Below, piece after piece: positions 14,332 to 25,859 of a DNA stretch of 64,000 bases. The notes below the pieces were generated by a model. That model was not told the origin of the DNA. It did no database searches and worked only from the letters and a program-made list of their open reading frames with translations. Source of the DNA: Lama guanicoe (lineage: Eukaryota); NCBI GenBank assembly GCA_013239625.1, contig MU053352.1, positions 293,485 through 357,484 on the forward strand, given 5' to 3'. The first letter of the stretch is position 1, and each line of letters opens with the position of its first letter. The translations under genes were made by a program, and so were the position numbers.

Positions 14332-15049
14332 TCTAAGTTCAAATTTTAAAACAGCAGCCTACTAATCGTTAGGAGATAGATTTCAGTGCAATATTTTTCT
14401 TTTAATAATTTCTTTAATTTTTTAAAATATTGATTTTGGAGGGTTTTTTTGTTTTTTTGTTTTTTGGGTTTTTTTTAAGAATACATTGTGAATTTACTCA
14501 GAGAAAATAAAAATGTTTCTCTTTAAGGAAAAATAATGTTTCCCAGGCAGGGCCTCAAGGTAATGAAACTGTCTATGTCCTTAACTGTTGACTAAATTAC
14601 CAGAGTAAAAGACTAAATGACAAAGAAATTCTTTAATAATTTATTATGACTATTTTTTTCTTATACAAGGCCCAGAGCACCTTTTTTTTGAAATTTGCCT
14701 GCCTTCATGTAGTTAGGAAAAGAAAGTGACTTTTTTTTTTCTTAATCTATAAAACAGGAAGGTTTGATTAAATACATGTTCATCTAAGGCTTTTTCCAGT
14801 TCTAAGATTGTGAGTGTAGACCGTCTTTGTTAGAGAACACCAGGTGGCCCAGCAATGCCCACCCACCTTAATACTGCACTAGTGCATTGTGGGGTTTGAG
14901 GGTTTGTTACAACCACCTGATGTTTTAAGCTACCGTGTATTTCATTATACAGACTCCCATACACCTCAAACACTATCTGTAGTGCAATTACTGCAGTAGA
15001 TCCTACTCCCGTTTACAAGCTGGTAAATCAAGAGTGACATAGTATTTAC

Positions 15050-15099
15050 CTGATGCCAGCAAATTCCACCTTCTGAGTGATATAGGCACATGTGCTGAC
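15050..15099 (-). CDS. DEPDC5: DEPDC5 exon 7 (50 nt): VSTCAYITQKVEFAGI(R)
   Basis: (CT)n tract plus ccttag acceptor, AG|gtaaat donor. Confidence 0.96.
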
Positions 15100-15860
15100 C
15101 TAAGGAAAGAGAGAGGGGGAGAGAGAGAGATTCAACAACACATCACGCCATAAAAGGTCACAAAGAAAGTCTCCTGGCTCTAGTCTCTTCTAATAACCCA
15201 AAGTTCAATTAACATGGGAGTAACAGGTTTATCCCAGAGGAAAACCCACTGGGGCAGGTATGACAGTAGGATCTCCAGAGTTTGGCAAGTGTGAACTATA
15301 GTCAAAGCCAGGTGGATAGTAAGTGGCCAGCTTCACTGATAACACTTATCTTGAAATACGTTTGCATCCAAAACTACATTTACACATGGAACGTTTATTT
15401 CTCATTTTAGAGAGTGGAGCCCTCTTCCACCAAATAAAAAATGAGCAAAGATTTTTTTTTCAGAAAATACACACCATATGGAAATTCTACCTGTAATCTG
15501 TTGTTTCATAATATTCAAAAAGCCCAAAAGGAGAATTTTCAGCCCCAGTTCACAATTCTGATGACCTGATCATTTTAAGTAGAAAATGTTAATTAAAAAT
15601 AAATAAACAAGGAAAAATGGGAGGAGGTGTAAAGCAAAAAGCTGTCTAACTTGGAAGCAACAGAATCTGGGTTCTAGCCCAGTATCGACGAGCTTTCAGG
15701 TCTTGGGCTATCATCTCAGCTCTCACATCTATAAATCAGGGGTAATAAACGCCTGTCCACAGGAAATGTGAGGAGTAAATGAGATCAGGTAAAAATCTGA
15801 AAACTAAAGTCCTGTTCAAATGTAAAATAATACTATAAATTCCTATTCAAACCAAAAACA

Positions 15861-15932
15861 CTGGGTTCAATCCCCAGTACCTCCATTAAGGGAAAAAAAA
15901 AGAAGGAAAGAAACTATTGAAAAAAAAAAAAA
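15861..15932 (+). mobile_element. Short 5'-truncated tRNA-derived SINE fragment
   Basis: ctgggttcaatccccagtacctccattaa followed by A-rich tail. Confidence 0.75.
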
Positions 15933-15998
15933 GTTAAAAAAGACAAATGATACGTTTTCAATAATTTTTCTGTGCTACTGGAATTATCAATGATTTTA

Positions 15999-16187
<189 letters not shown>

Positions 16188-16842
16188 CTAAAAGGGATAA
16201 TCAATCAAATACACCTCTCTGTATTACTCTGCCACACTTTAACGTCATAAGGCAATGCCCACTCAACACGGGAAAACCTTCTGACAAAAAAGTCAACTCC
16301 TGGAAGACCATTTAATAGCAGAACCCTGACAAACAGAATTTTATCCAGCTAAAGGCTTTCAAGTACCGATCAGTCTACAACAGATACTACAGCCGCTGTA
16401 TCATGGTTCAGGGCAAAGGGTACCCGAGTACTGATTCTGAGTTTTACACACAAACACAACAATGAGCTGTGGCTTCATTTTCCTTGATAATGTCAATATT
16501 ATCTCTCGGACAATGATTTTTGCCTCTAAATTTTATAGCATCATTTCTCAAAGAAAAATGAGAATATGCAAAGAAATTTTAGTATTTTACTACAAAATTT
16601 TACATTCAGCTTCACAAACACACATAAACATGCAGACCCTTTGTAGGATAAGCTTTTAAAAATGAGGGAGGGCTTTAAATGCAGGCTACAATCTACCTAT
16701 AGCCTAAATGACCTATATACGACCACGTATTTAATAGTCTAACACTACACTTAAGTAACTCATTATTTCCTTAGAGACCTAATGTTGAAGAAGGGTGTTA
16801 ATCATTCCCCCAAAAGATAGTCAAATGAGAATAAAGACACAC

Positions 16843-16928
16843 CTTAGGGTCTACAACATTCACATACACATCTTGATAAGGTCTTAGTCGGAACACTTGA
16901 GTCACAGTCTGGTCCACACTGATGGTTT
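16843..16928 (-). CDS. DEPDC5: DEPDC5 exon 5 (86 nt): (E)[28 protein letters not shown]
   Basis: tttcag acceptor, AAG|gtgtgt donor. Confidence 0.96.
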
Positions 16929-17671
16929 CTGAAACAGACGAAATCTGGATCAGAAAACACATTCTGAAAAATCAGGTAAATATAGTCTAATCTATAAATA
17001 CTCAGACATTCAACAAACAACACAACAAGTGATCCTTTGCCAAGGGTGAGACATATCCTTTGCCTTCTAGAAGCTTAAAATTTAGAGAGTTCTCTGCTTT
17101 TCAGGTGAAATAAGACCTGAATTCAAGTAATTAAAAAATGAGAGAATCAGACAGAGATACAGCGAGAGAAAGAGAAGAAGAAAGAATTTAAGAAGCAATG
17201 TAAGAAAGTAGGTTTGTGAAAGTTCAGAAAAGGAAATAGATTCTTCCTCTTTTGGGATGAAAGTAGCAGGGGTAGCTAAGGAAAAAATCAACTTTTTAAG
17301 AGCCCTTAAATCTGGTAAGTAAGAAATTTAACAGGTGGCAGGAGGTGAGGGTAAGGAGGATCCTCAGGACCTGGGTTTTATAGAACGTTTTCCCAACAAG
17401 TTAAAATATTAAAAAGTTGTTAACATCAAAATCCCTTTACAGCAAATTAGGTTTTTTGGTCTTTCGATTGCCATTTAAGGAATTACTTTATTTGCTGTCA
17501 GTTAACATTTTAGTTCCTTGTTCAGCATGGTACAGTCACTAGGGGAAGGAAGAAAGGATTTGGATCCAGAATGAGTAATGAGAATCACTGCTCCAGCTCC
17601 TTCACTTACTGACTCCAGCGAAGCCAATTCATCCTACTGAGACAAAGTTTCCTTGCTTACCCAAGAGTTAG

Positions 17672-17818
17672 GGGGGGAGGAGGATGTCGCTCAGTGGTAG
17701 AGTGCGTGCTTAGCATGCACAAGGTCCTGGGTTCAATCCCCGGTACCTCCATTAAAAATAAGAACCAAATAAACCTAATTACCTCCCCCTCAAATAAAAA
17801 TAAATAAAATTATAAAAG
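17672..17818 (+). mobile_element. tRNA-Ala-derived SINE, full length (appears inserted into a MIR)
   Basis: gctcagtggtagagtgcgtgcttagcatgcacaaggtcctgggttcaatccccggtacctcc; TSD AGAGTTAG at 17664-17671 and 17819-17826. Confidence 0.92.
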
Positions 17819-18231
17819 AGAGTTAGTGGGAAGACCAAGAAAGACAGATAACAAACAGCGCCTTGCACAAGTGGGAGGTAATCTACAATATCCAGTCCTC
17901 CCTTGCTCCAACCCAAAACAGGCACTCAACATTTTGTGAAAAAATATAATATTGAGCAAAGCATGCTTTGCCAACAAGTGTAAAGCTTCATCTATTCAGA
18001 TAACGTTCCTCTTGACTCTAAATACAGATTTTTTTTTTCAGTGCCTTCAAGATGCTGAGAAATGAGATTCCTTGGCAGTTTTGCTATCTGATGATTTTTA
18101 TTGTTTTAGCAGGAACAGAATTTGATAAGGAGTATTGTGCTCTCATTCCCTGCGATTAAGAGGGGTTTCTTACAGTAGTTTCTAAAACAGTAAAGTGTAA
18201 AAATCTAAGAGAAGAGAGATAGAATTCTTAC

Positions 18232-18278
18232 CTTTCTGCAAATCCTCCTTAAGTGATTTGACCTGCAAAAGCAGAGGG
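18232..18278 (-). CDS. DEPDC5: DEPDC5 exon 4 (47 nt): PLLLQVKSLKEDLQK
   Basis: ccccag acceptor, AAG|gtaaga donor. Confidence 0.96.
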
Positions 18279-18672
18279 CTGGGGGGGAAAAAAAGCAACA
18301 AAGATTTGGGATGTTGTCAGCAGCAACTAACCAGTTTTCCTCACTGCCCACAAAAGACAAACATCACACTGGACTGACTGTAACTGAAGGAAGCATGACA
18401 ATGGGAGAAAGTTCCCTTAGAAGGAAGCTCTGCACTGTCTTCCAGGGAATGGATAAACGCTACAGAATTGTTCACAGAGTTGTCATCTCAGCTTTAAAAA
18501 CAGGAAGAATGGACCACTTTTTGAAAGGTGATTGGTTTATCACATCCTAGAGGGCTGGGGCATTTTTATCCAAACGCAAAGAGCTGTGTTCCCCTTCGAG
18601 CCCCTTAGACAAAACCTCATTTGGAACCAGCAGGTGGCCCAGTGAGTTCCCTTGAGCCTAGTCCAACACTCA

Positions 18673-18798
<126 letters not shown>

Positions 18799-18931
18799 TC
18801 ACTTGGGGGTTTTTTTTTGTTTGTTTGTTTAGGTCCACTTAGCTTTTAAAGGCAACAGATATCTACAACCCAGAATTTTATATTCTTTCTCTGACTGAGC
18901 TTATTTCCAAGGCTCAAAGATAAATATATTT

Positions 18932-19029
18932 CTGAAAACAAATATATGTATGTATATGCAAGACTGGGACATTGTGCTGTATACCAGAGATTGGTACACT
19001 GTAACTGACCGTATTTCAATTAAAAAAAA
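18932..19029 (+). mobile_element. Very short (about 98 bp) young L1 3' end
   Basis: tgtgctgtataccagagattgg...atttcaattaaaaaaaa; perfect 16-bp TSD AAAGATAAATATATTT at 18916-18931 and 19030-19045. Confidence 0.88.
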
Positions 19030-19092
19030 AAAGATAAATATATTTTAGGGATTGGATATGGCAGTCTGCTTTACAAATTCTACATACAAATA

Positions 19093-19152
19093 TATGTATG
19101 TGGTTTATATTTATATATGTACGTGGTTTAAATTTACATATGTATGTGGTTT
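19093..19152. repeat. 23-bp tandem repeat, about 2.6 copies
   Basis: tatgtatgtggtttatatttata / tatgtacgtggtttaaatttaca / tatgtatgtggttt. Confidence 0.8.
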
Positions 19153-19194
19153 TCTTTTAAATATTTTTTAACTTGACAATCTATACAGTCACTT

Positions 19195-19443
19195 TATTTC
19201 TTAAACTTTAATTTTTTTTCTTATTCTCTTTTTTCCTCTTTTTTTTTTCTTTTTAAAGCCCAGTATTTTATCCTTGCTTTATTGGAGGGAGAGGTGGGGG
19301 AGAGAGGTAATTCGATTGTTTTTCACTATTTGGGGAGGAAGGTAATAGGTTTGTTTGTTTGTTATCGAAGGTACGGGGGATTGAACCCAGGACCTCGTGC
19401 ATGCTAAGCACACCCTTTACCACTGAGCTGTACCCTCCCCTCC
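19195..19443 (-). mobile_element. tRNA-Ala-derived SINE with extended tail
   Basis: Reverse complement ggggagggtacagctcagtggtaaagggtgtgcttagcatgcacgaggtcctgggttcaatcccc; AGTCACTT at 19187-19194 and 19451-19458. Confidence 0.88.
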
Positions 19444-20599
19444 GAAAACAAGTCACTTGGGTGACAGGTTGCTGTGTCTGTTCTCATGCTGGGTCCTGAC
19501 AACCCCAGCAGGTTGGTATTATGACTCCAGCTCACAGATGAGGTTCCATCTAAAACTGGAATTCAGCTCGACTACAGAATTAGCACCGGGATCCGGAGCG
19601 AGTGAGCTGCTGAGTGCGAGGGACAGTGTCCAGGTACCTTTGTCTGCAGGCCCCTGCTCCTGGGGAAAAAGCAACCCTTACTCTCTGGGAATTAGGCCTC
19701 TTGGACGATCCTTCACTCCCTCCAATGACATGTATCTGGTATATCCTGGGAACAAAACAGCTGGGTCCCACAGAGACAGCACCATTCCTTCTATTTATAC
19801 GGTGTTCAAAGAACTTCTCAAAATACTGTCTTCATGTGGCCTTCAAAATAAACCTTTGGTTCTAACAGAAGCAAGGAAACAACCTAGGAGATAAAGCAAC
19901 TTGCCAAAGGGTAGATAGCCAGTGACAGTCTAGCCAGGACTGATTACTAGTCCAGGGTCCATAAAGCACACCAGCTCTCATACCTCATGAAAAACAAGCC
20001 AAATGACATGTCCTGGATCTGGGAGGGCAGCACCTGATCAGGGAAAAACTTCAGATTTCAGTTCATGGTAGGCTCCAATGAGACTCTTAAAACATAGGGA
20101 GGAGATGTTTTCCTGTGTTTATCTACCTCTGCCCCCCACTGAGGGTGGGGGCAAACTCTTTCAAATATAACAAACCCAGAATCATAAAGATTGGATGGTA
20201 TATTTTCCCCCATTTTAATTTTTAAGGAAAGACATGGCCTTTAATTATGCTAAAACCATGACAAATAAGTATATCCAGAATTTTAATATAATCAGACCCA
20301 ACAAAAGTTCAGCCCAGGAAAGCAAAGCACTGGGTTAATCCCACAGTGGTTTTTTTTGTTTGCTTGTTTTTGTATATTGTATCCGTCGACAGATGTATGC
20401 CAAATCCTCTACGAAGCCTTTTCCTAACTTCCACTGTCTGAATTAAGCTCCCTGAACCTATATTCCATCCTGCTTTGTTTTGTCATTTCCTTTTTGCATG
20501 TCTGTCTCATCAAGCCAAAAGCTCCTTAGGGACAAGGGACTTGGTCATAATCTTTATGTTTGGTACATTATGTACCTAATAAGTATTTGTGGATGTGTT

Positions 20600-21050
20600 T
20601 TTTTAATTCCTTTATTTTATTTATTATTTTAAGTATAGTTGATTTAAAAGATTGTGTTAGTTTCTGGTATACAGCATAGTGATTCAGTATTTTTGCAGAT
20701 TCTATTCCATTAGAGGTTATTACAAGATAATAGGTGTAATTCCTCGTGCTATATAGTATATCCTTGCTGTTTATCTATTTTATACATAGAAATTTGTATC
20801 TGTTAATACCAAACACCTAATTTGTCCCTCTTCCATTCCTTCTCCCCTTTGGTAAGGACACATTTGTGAGTTTATTTCTGCTTTGCACATACATTCACTT
20901 GAATTCTTTTCTATATTCCACATGTAAGTGATAGCATATAGTATTTTCTCTTTCTCGGTCTGATATACTTCACTAAGCATAATATTCTCTAGGTCCATCC
21001 ATGTTGCTGAAAATGGTAGTATTCATTCTTTTTTTTGGCTGGGTAATATT
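20600..21050 (-). mobile_element. L1 3' end including ORF2 C-terminal remnant
   Basis: ORF 20780..20998 MDLENIMLSEVYQTEKEK is the L1 ORF2p C-terminal motif; T-tail at about 20600. Confidence 0.9.
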
Positions 21051-22201
21051 GTCAGATTTTTTTTTTTCTTCACAGTCCCGCAGCACACTGGGTACGGCAC
21101 CCAGCTACCTTTGTCTTGTACACAGGAAACAGCAGACTCATGTACATTGTATATACACTATACATACTGTATCCTTTCCTCTGTCAAAAGTTATTTCTGT
21201 TGTCTCTTCAATTCTGCTCCACAAACTTCAGCAGCCTCAACTGCATACAAAGTCCAGTGTTAACAACAGACTGTGGTTTCAGCAGAAATTGAGTTTTAAA
21301 TATAGCGATGCCTGGTATATCCTTGTCCTGGGAATTACAATGGCTACATTTACTGAGCAGCTGGAAGAAGCCTGGTACTCTGCTGAATACTTTACATACA
21401 TCACTTCACTTATCCCCATCAGACCTTGTGATACAGAAACTATTCTTTTCCATTTTTGGCCATCCTTGTCTTTGGGAGGCTTATACATATATAACAGAGG
21501 AGCAAATGCATATTCAAGTGCAAATTTTTAAAATACTCATCGGGTTGTTAACTCCAATTTCTGAAGCAAATTAGGTTGTTAGGACAGAAAGAAAGGAAAA
21601 AAAACTTACGAGTAGGTGTTTTCCTATCCTGCAGATTTATAGATTCAGGGTGTAAGAGAAATGGAGAAACCATTCTAAAATGCTTGAATTTGTAGTTAAG
21701 GTAAACTAGAGGCCTGTCCAAGGTCACAGGGAAAGTTAGAGGCAGAGCTCACAGCCGATTCTTGTTTAATGGGGGACAACATGCTGTATCCTGCCCCTTC
21801 TCACTGCGCCTCAGAGCCAGGCAAAGGTTCATGCTTTGATCATACCTGTCTTACATATATCTACTACTTCTCTCTCACGGAACATGTTTCATCTGCCAAG
21901 CCAGTGCAGACTGAAATTTTACGGGACATACACAATATATACATAATAAAAAATACAAGCAAATAAAGCATAGCAAACTGGCAATATTCACAACGTTCCT
22001 TAAAATGCAGAATGCAAATACTTCTGGAAGGACCCTGTGTCTCCTGTCCTACCCTCCCCACTATGGTATTTCACCTGCTGCTTCACTAAGTTGCTTGGCT
22101 AGCCTCGACTGTCACACAAGCCAGTGTGTAATTTTCAAGGTACAGGACACACCAGAACCTCAGCAAACTTACACAACCCCCAAAGAATAATCGATACTGA
22201 C

Positions 22202-22259
22202 CACTGCCCCCAAAGCCCTTCTTGTGGATGACGAGTTTGTAGACCTTTGTGGTTCTCAT
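22202..22259 (-). CDS. DEPDC5: DEPDC5 first coding exon (58 coding nt): MRTTKVYKLVIHKKGFGGS; exon begins at 22319 (or 22325)
   Basis: AAG ATG A start, G|gtcagt donor; tandem acceptors ttcag/tggcag. Confidence 0.97.
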
Positions 22260-22889
22260 CTTGCACTGTTGTTTCCTTCAGCTGTTCCAAGCTTGGGGGA
22301 GAGAAATCATTTTGCCTCCCTGCCACTGAAACACAAACAAAAAGGCTGGAATGTGAGACATTCCCTTGCAACTGCTTTTAGATTTTAGGGCAGTGAAAAT
22401 ACTGCTGTTGCTCAGCAGAGAGGTGGCAGCAACCCTTGCATGATTCCTCTAATAACCAGGAAGCATGGAGAACAAACAGAACCAACGAATCTGGGAAGGA
22501 AAGGGAATTCGGGTCAGGGTCTAGTCCAACCTCCAAGCAGATATTCTATCACACCCTTAAAGGGAAAATTTGTAATGAATGAAGCATTCATTACCTTGCC
22601 TCTATCTAAACCAGTAACACCCAAATATTAAAGAGGTCTTAAAAGAGGTTAGGCACACTCCTTCTGCAGATGAGGAAAGTGAGGGCCAGAGCAAGGGACT
22701 TGTCCAAGGTCCCTCAGAGATGGGAGGCACTTCCACTGGCGACGTTTCGCCGTCGATGTTCCGGGCAAGGAGAGTGTAAATAAGAGGAAGGCACGGGTTC
22801 CTTCCCCAAACCTCCATCTGCACAAACTCAGCAGTTCCTCCCCGCACACCCTCATTTCACAGCTGAGGCCACTGAGGATCAGAGACGGG

Positions 22890-23700
22890 GAGAGACTTGC
22901 CTAAGGTCACACAGCGGGCTGGAGGTGGCGTCAGGATTCGAACCTGTCCACGGCCCCCTCCCGCCTTATTCCCAAATCCGGGCCCTGGCGGTCAGCTCCA
23001 CTCACCCGCAGCTCCGGAGCCCCTTCCCGCCTGAGGCCGGAGACCCGAGGGCCGGACCCCGGCCAGGGCCCCCGCGACTCCTCTGTACGCTCCGCCTACG
23101 CCCGCGCAGCCGGCGCGGATCCGGTGCGCGAGCTCCCGGCGCTGGCCCGCCCGCCGCGGCCACGGAGCTCTCACCTGAGAACCCGCGCCGCTCCGATGGC
23201 TCCGCCCCGGGGCACCACCCCCTTCCCGCCCACTCGCCCCGGGCCGCTCTGGCCCGGCCTCCGCCTCGTCTCGGTGTCCGCGCCACTTCCCCATCCGGGG
23301 CTCGCGCCGGGGGCGGGGCCTCGCTTGCGGCCTGCGGGTCGGGCCGCCCCACCTCCTCTCCGCATTCCCGGCGTTTCCCGCTCCCGAGCCTGATGGCTGC
23401 CCCTCCCAGAAGGGAAATCCGTTTCGTCCCAGAAGTTCCGAAGCAGATCCGAGCCCAGGAGGTTCGCTTGCTACCTAGTAACGTCCCCAGCAGGGCCAAC
23501 TCGGGCGAGTGTCCCCGCATCAGTAAACGATGTTATGGTCCCTCGCCTGACCTCACAGGGCTGCTGAGATGCGCAAAATAGGGTTTCTGGGAGAACTTCT
23601 GTAAAATGCAAAGGACCGAGCACGTGAGACCTAGTGCGATGCTGGAAAGTATCCGCCTTGGGGGCCTCGTCAGAGACTTCCAAACCCCGAGTGGCGTTGC
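22890..23700 (-). promoter_or_regulatory. DEPDC5: CpG island / promoter and non-coding first exon(s) of DEPDC5
   Basis: Dense CpG; GC box ggggcggggc (~23310), ETS ccacttcc (~23283), E2F-like tttcccgc (23374), E-box cacgtg (23621); minus-strand donors at 23006, 23175, 23475. Confidence 0.9.
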
Positions 23701-24849
23701 GTGCCTCTCTGGTTATTAGAAATAGCTACCGTAACTTTCACAGGCTTCCCTAGGAGGTGGCAGGTGCTATCCTATTTCACAGACAGGGAAACAGGCTGAG
23801 GATACGAAAAACTCCTCCGAAGGAAGCAAGGACGGATCCTGACCCAGTTGGATCCAACCTGGCTCCGAAGGCTGAGCATTTAACCAGCAACCTCATGTCT
23901 CAACCAAGGACTCAGACTAAGCCCATACCTGTCGGGACATCTTCTTAGGGAAAAAAAAAATTAGAGCTCTGTGGGCAGTGCCTGAAGATGGCCGAGGGCT
24001 CCTGGCAAGTTGCCAGCTCCAGCTGCTTGACCTACGGTTTTCAGGAGTTTTGTGAATGTTGAAAGAAGCATCGCATACCACAGAGACTGGGGAGTGGGTA
24101 GGGGAGTGGACTGCGGCCAGAGCTTCCATAAGCACCTGTGCTTTTATTTCAGGATTCGATATAAAGAAATAATTGTAATCTTTAATAGTAAAGAAAAGCA
24201 TGTTATCAAGCAGACAGCAAAAGTTGCAAGATTTTCAGGGATAAAACGTTAAATGTAAAGGACATTTTTACGTTGCCAGTTCGAGAGACAAGCCCAGATC
24301 CCCCAGGCTGTTTTTTCAGTGGCTGGTGGGAAGTCCTTCCCTCTCACACAGCTAATGGGACTCTCCCTCCCTGGGGAATTTGAGTCCTCCTGAGAGATGT
24401 CCATCTTTGCTGTCATAACTTAGAAATGCAATTATTTCACCTTCCATTCAGGCAAAAATTTGTAAAAAATCTTGACAAATTTTGAGATCTTAAAAATTGT
24501 CTAAAGCCGGTAACGTTTACAGAAGGCTGGCGCCGGGAGCTCCCAGGCTGGGGGCCCGATGCTTTTGGTTCTACAGTCCTGTGCTCCAACGACCTGCAGG
24601 ACTGTCTGCTTTTAGCTGTGTGACTTTGCACAAGGTAATTCTGTTCTCCCCTGACCGCTGGGAATAAAAACTATGTGTTCTTCCTCCTTCACAAGGTGTT
24701 TGAGGGACATGTTAACATTTAGGGTGTTATTGACTCACCAAAAGCGTGGAATTTGTCAGGAAACTGGCTCTCCTCAACTTTTAGGGGGTTGAATGATATA
24801 TATGATACTTCTTCGGGATCCTTTTGTGCTTAAAACAGAGCTAGGAGCA

Positions 24850-25110
24850 AGGCTAGGACCAGGGTGTGGTGGATGAGGCTAATGAGAAACTTGCGTTACT
24901 TAGGGCACAGAATGTTAAAGGGGTGCCGAAAAACTCAGCAAGATAAATAATTATGTTATTTTTTGAAATAAGAATAATACAAAAAATCTATGAAGAACAA
25001 AATATCATTTTTAAATAAATATCATTAAAAATAAATATGAAATCAATAATGGTGCTGTGTATGCAGTCACATTAGCGCCTGAGGCAAAAGACAAACCAGT
25101 AATACTAGGT
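24850..25110 (+). mobile_element. hAT DNA transposon remnant (MER96B-like)
   Basis: ggctaggaccagggtg...gggtgccgaaaaactcagcaagataaataat...gcctgaggcaaaagacaaaccagtaatact. Confidence 0.6.
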
Positions 25111-25524
25111 TTCTCAGGTCCCCTTCTATAAGCATGTAGTTGCCTAAGAAAAAACTTGAGGACTTGAGTATGATAAATGTAGAAATGTTTTAAAGTGAAT
25201 TTTTAGTTGATTCATCCCAACAGCATCTGTATTATCCTATATGTGAACTGTGTATGTATGTGGACCATATATGGACAGGCTGTAAACAATGGAGCTAGCC
25301 TTTGGGTTTGTATATCTTCAGCCCCTAACTAAAGCTGGGACAACACTTATCTCAGATAAAATGGTCCACATTTTGACTGGTTCAAAGACAGAATTAAAAT
25401 CCCCCAGAGCCTTCAAACTTTAGCTCTCTAGTCAGAAACCACCAATTTCTAACACAAGGCTGTGTGTTTTGGGGCAAGTTGATTGCATTCTCTGGACCTT
25501 CTCAATTCCCCCTTGAATAAATAT

Positions 25525-25850
25525 TCTTTTCCTTCCTTCAAGTATCTGTTGAATGTCTGCTTGTGCAGGACACTGCGCTAGGTGATGTTCTGTAAACAGA
25601 ACAGACAAGGGTAGGAGGGACATGATAAATAAGTCAATAAATAAATGAACCGGCAATTTCAGCCAGTGTTACAGCTACGAAGAAATTGAAACAAGATGCT
25701 GTTACAAGGAGAAGGAGCAGGGGAATGATGATCTAAAACACTGATTCCAGTTATAAAAAGATCTCCTGGACTGCCAGGGCAGAAGCTAGGAGGCCCGGAG
25801 GACTGCAGCCATTCGGCCAGAAAAACGAACGGGACCAGGGTGGTAGCAGT
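25525..25850 (-). mobile_element. L2 remnant
   Basis: ttcaagtatctgttgaatgtctgcttgtgcaggacactgcgctagg...aacagacaag is the antisense L2 3' end. Confidence 0.6.
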
Positions 25851-25859
25851 GGAGTCAGA

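Noticed and set aside
17064..17073. U12-type donor-like ATATCCTTT
   Set aside because: On the non-transcribed strand of DEPDC5; all mapped introns are ordinary GT-AG
21001..21531. 176-aa ORF with hydrophobic N-terminus
   Set aside because: Begins inside an antisense L1 3' end, lies antisense in a DEPDC5 intron, no recognisable homology
22925..23581. 218-aa ORF and overlapping ORFs in the DEPDC5 CpG island
   Set aside because: GC-rich stop-poor sequence, low-complexity P/R/A/G peptides, no recognisable protein
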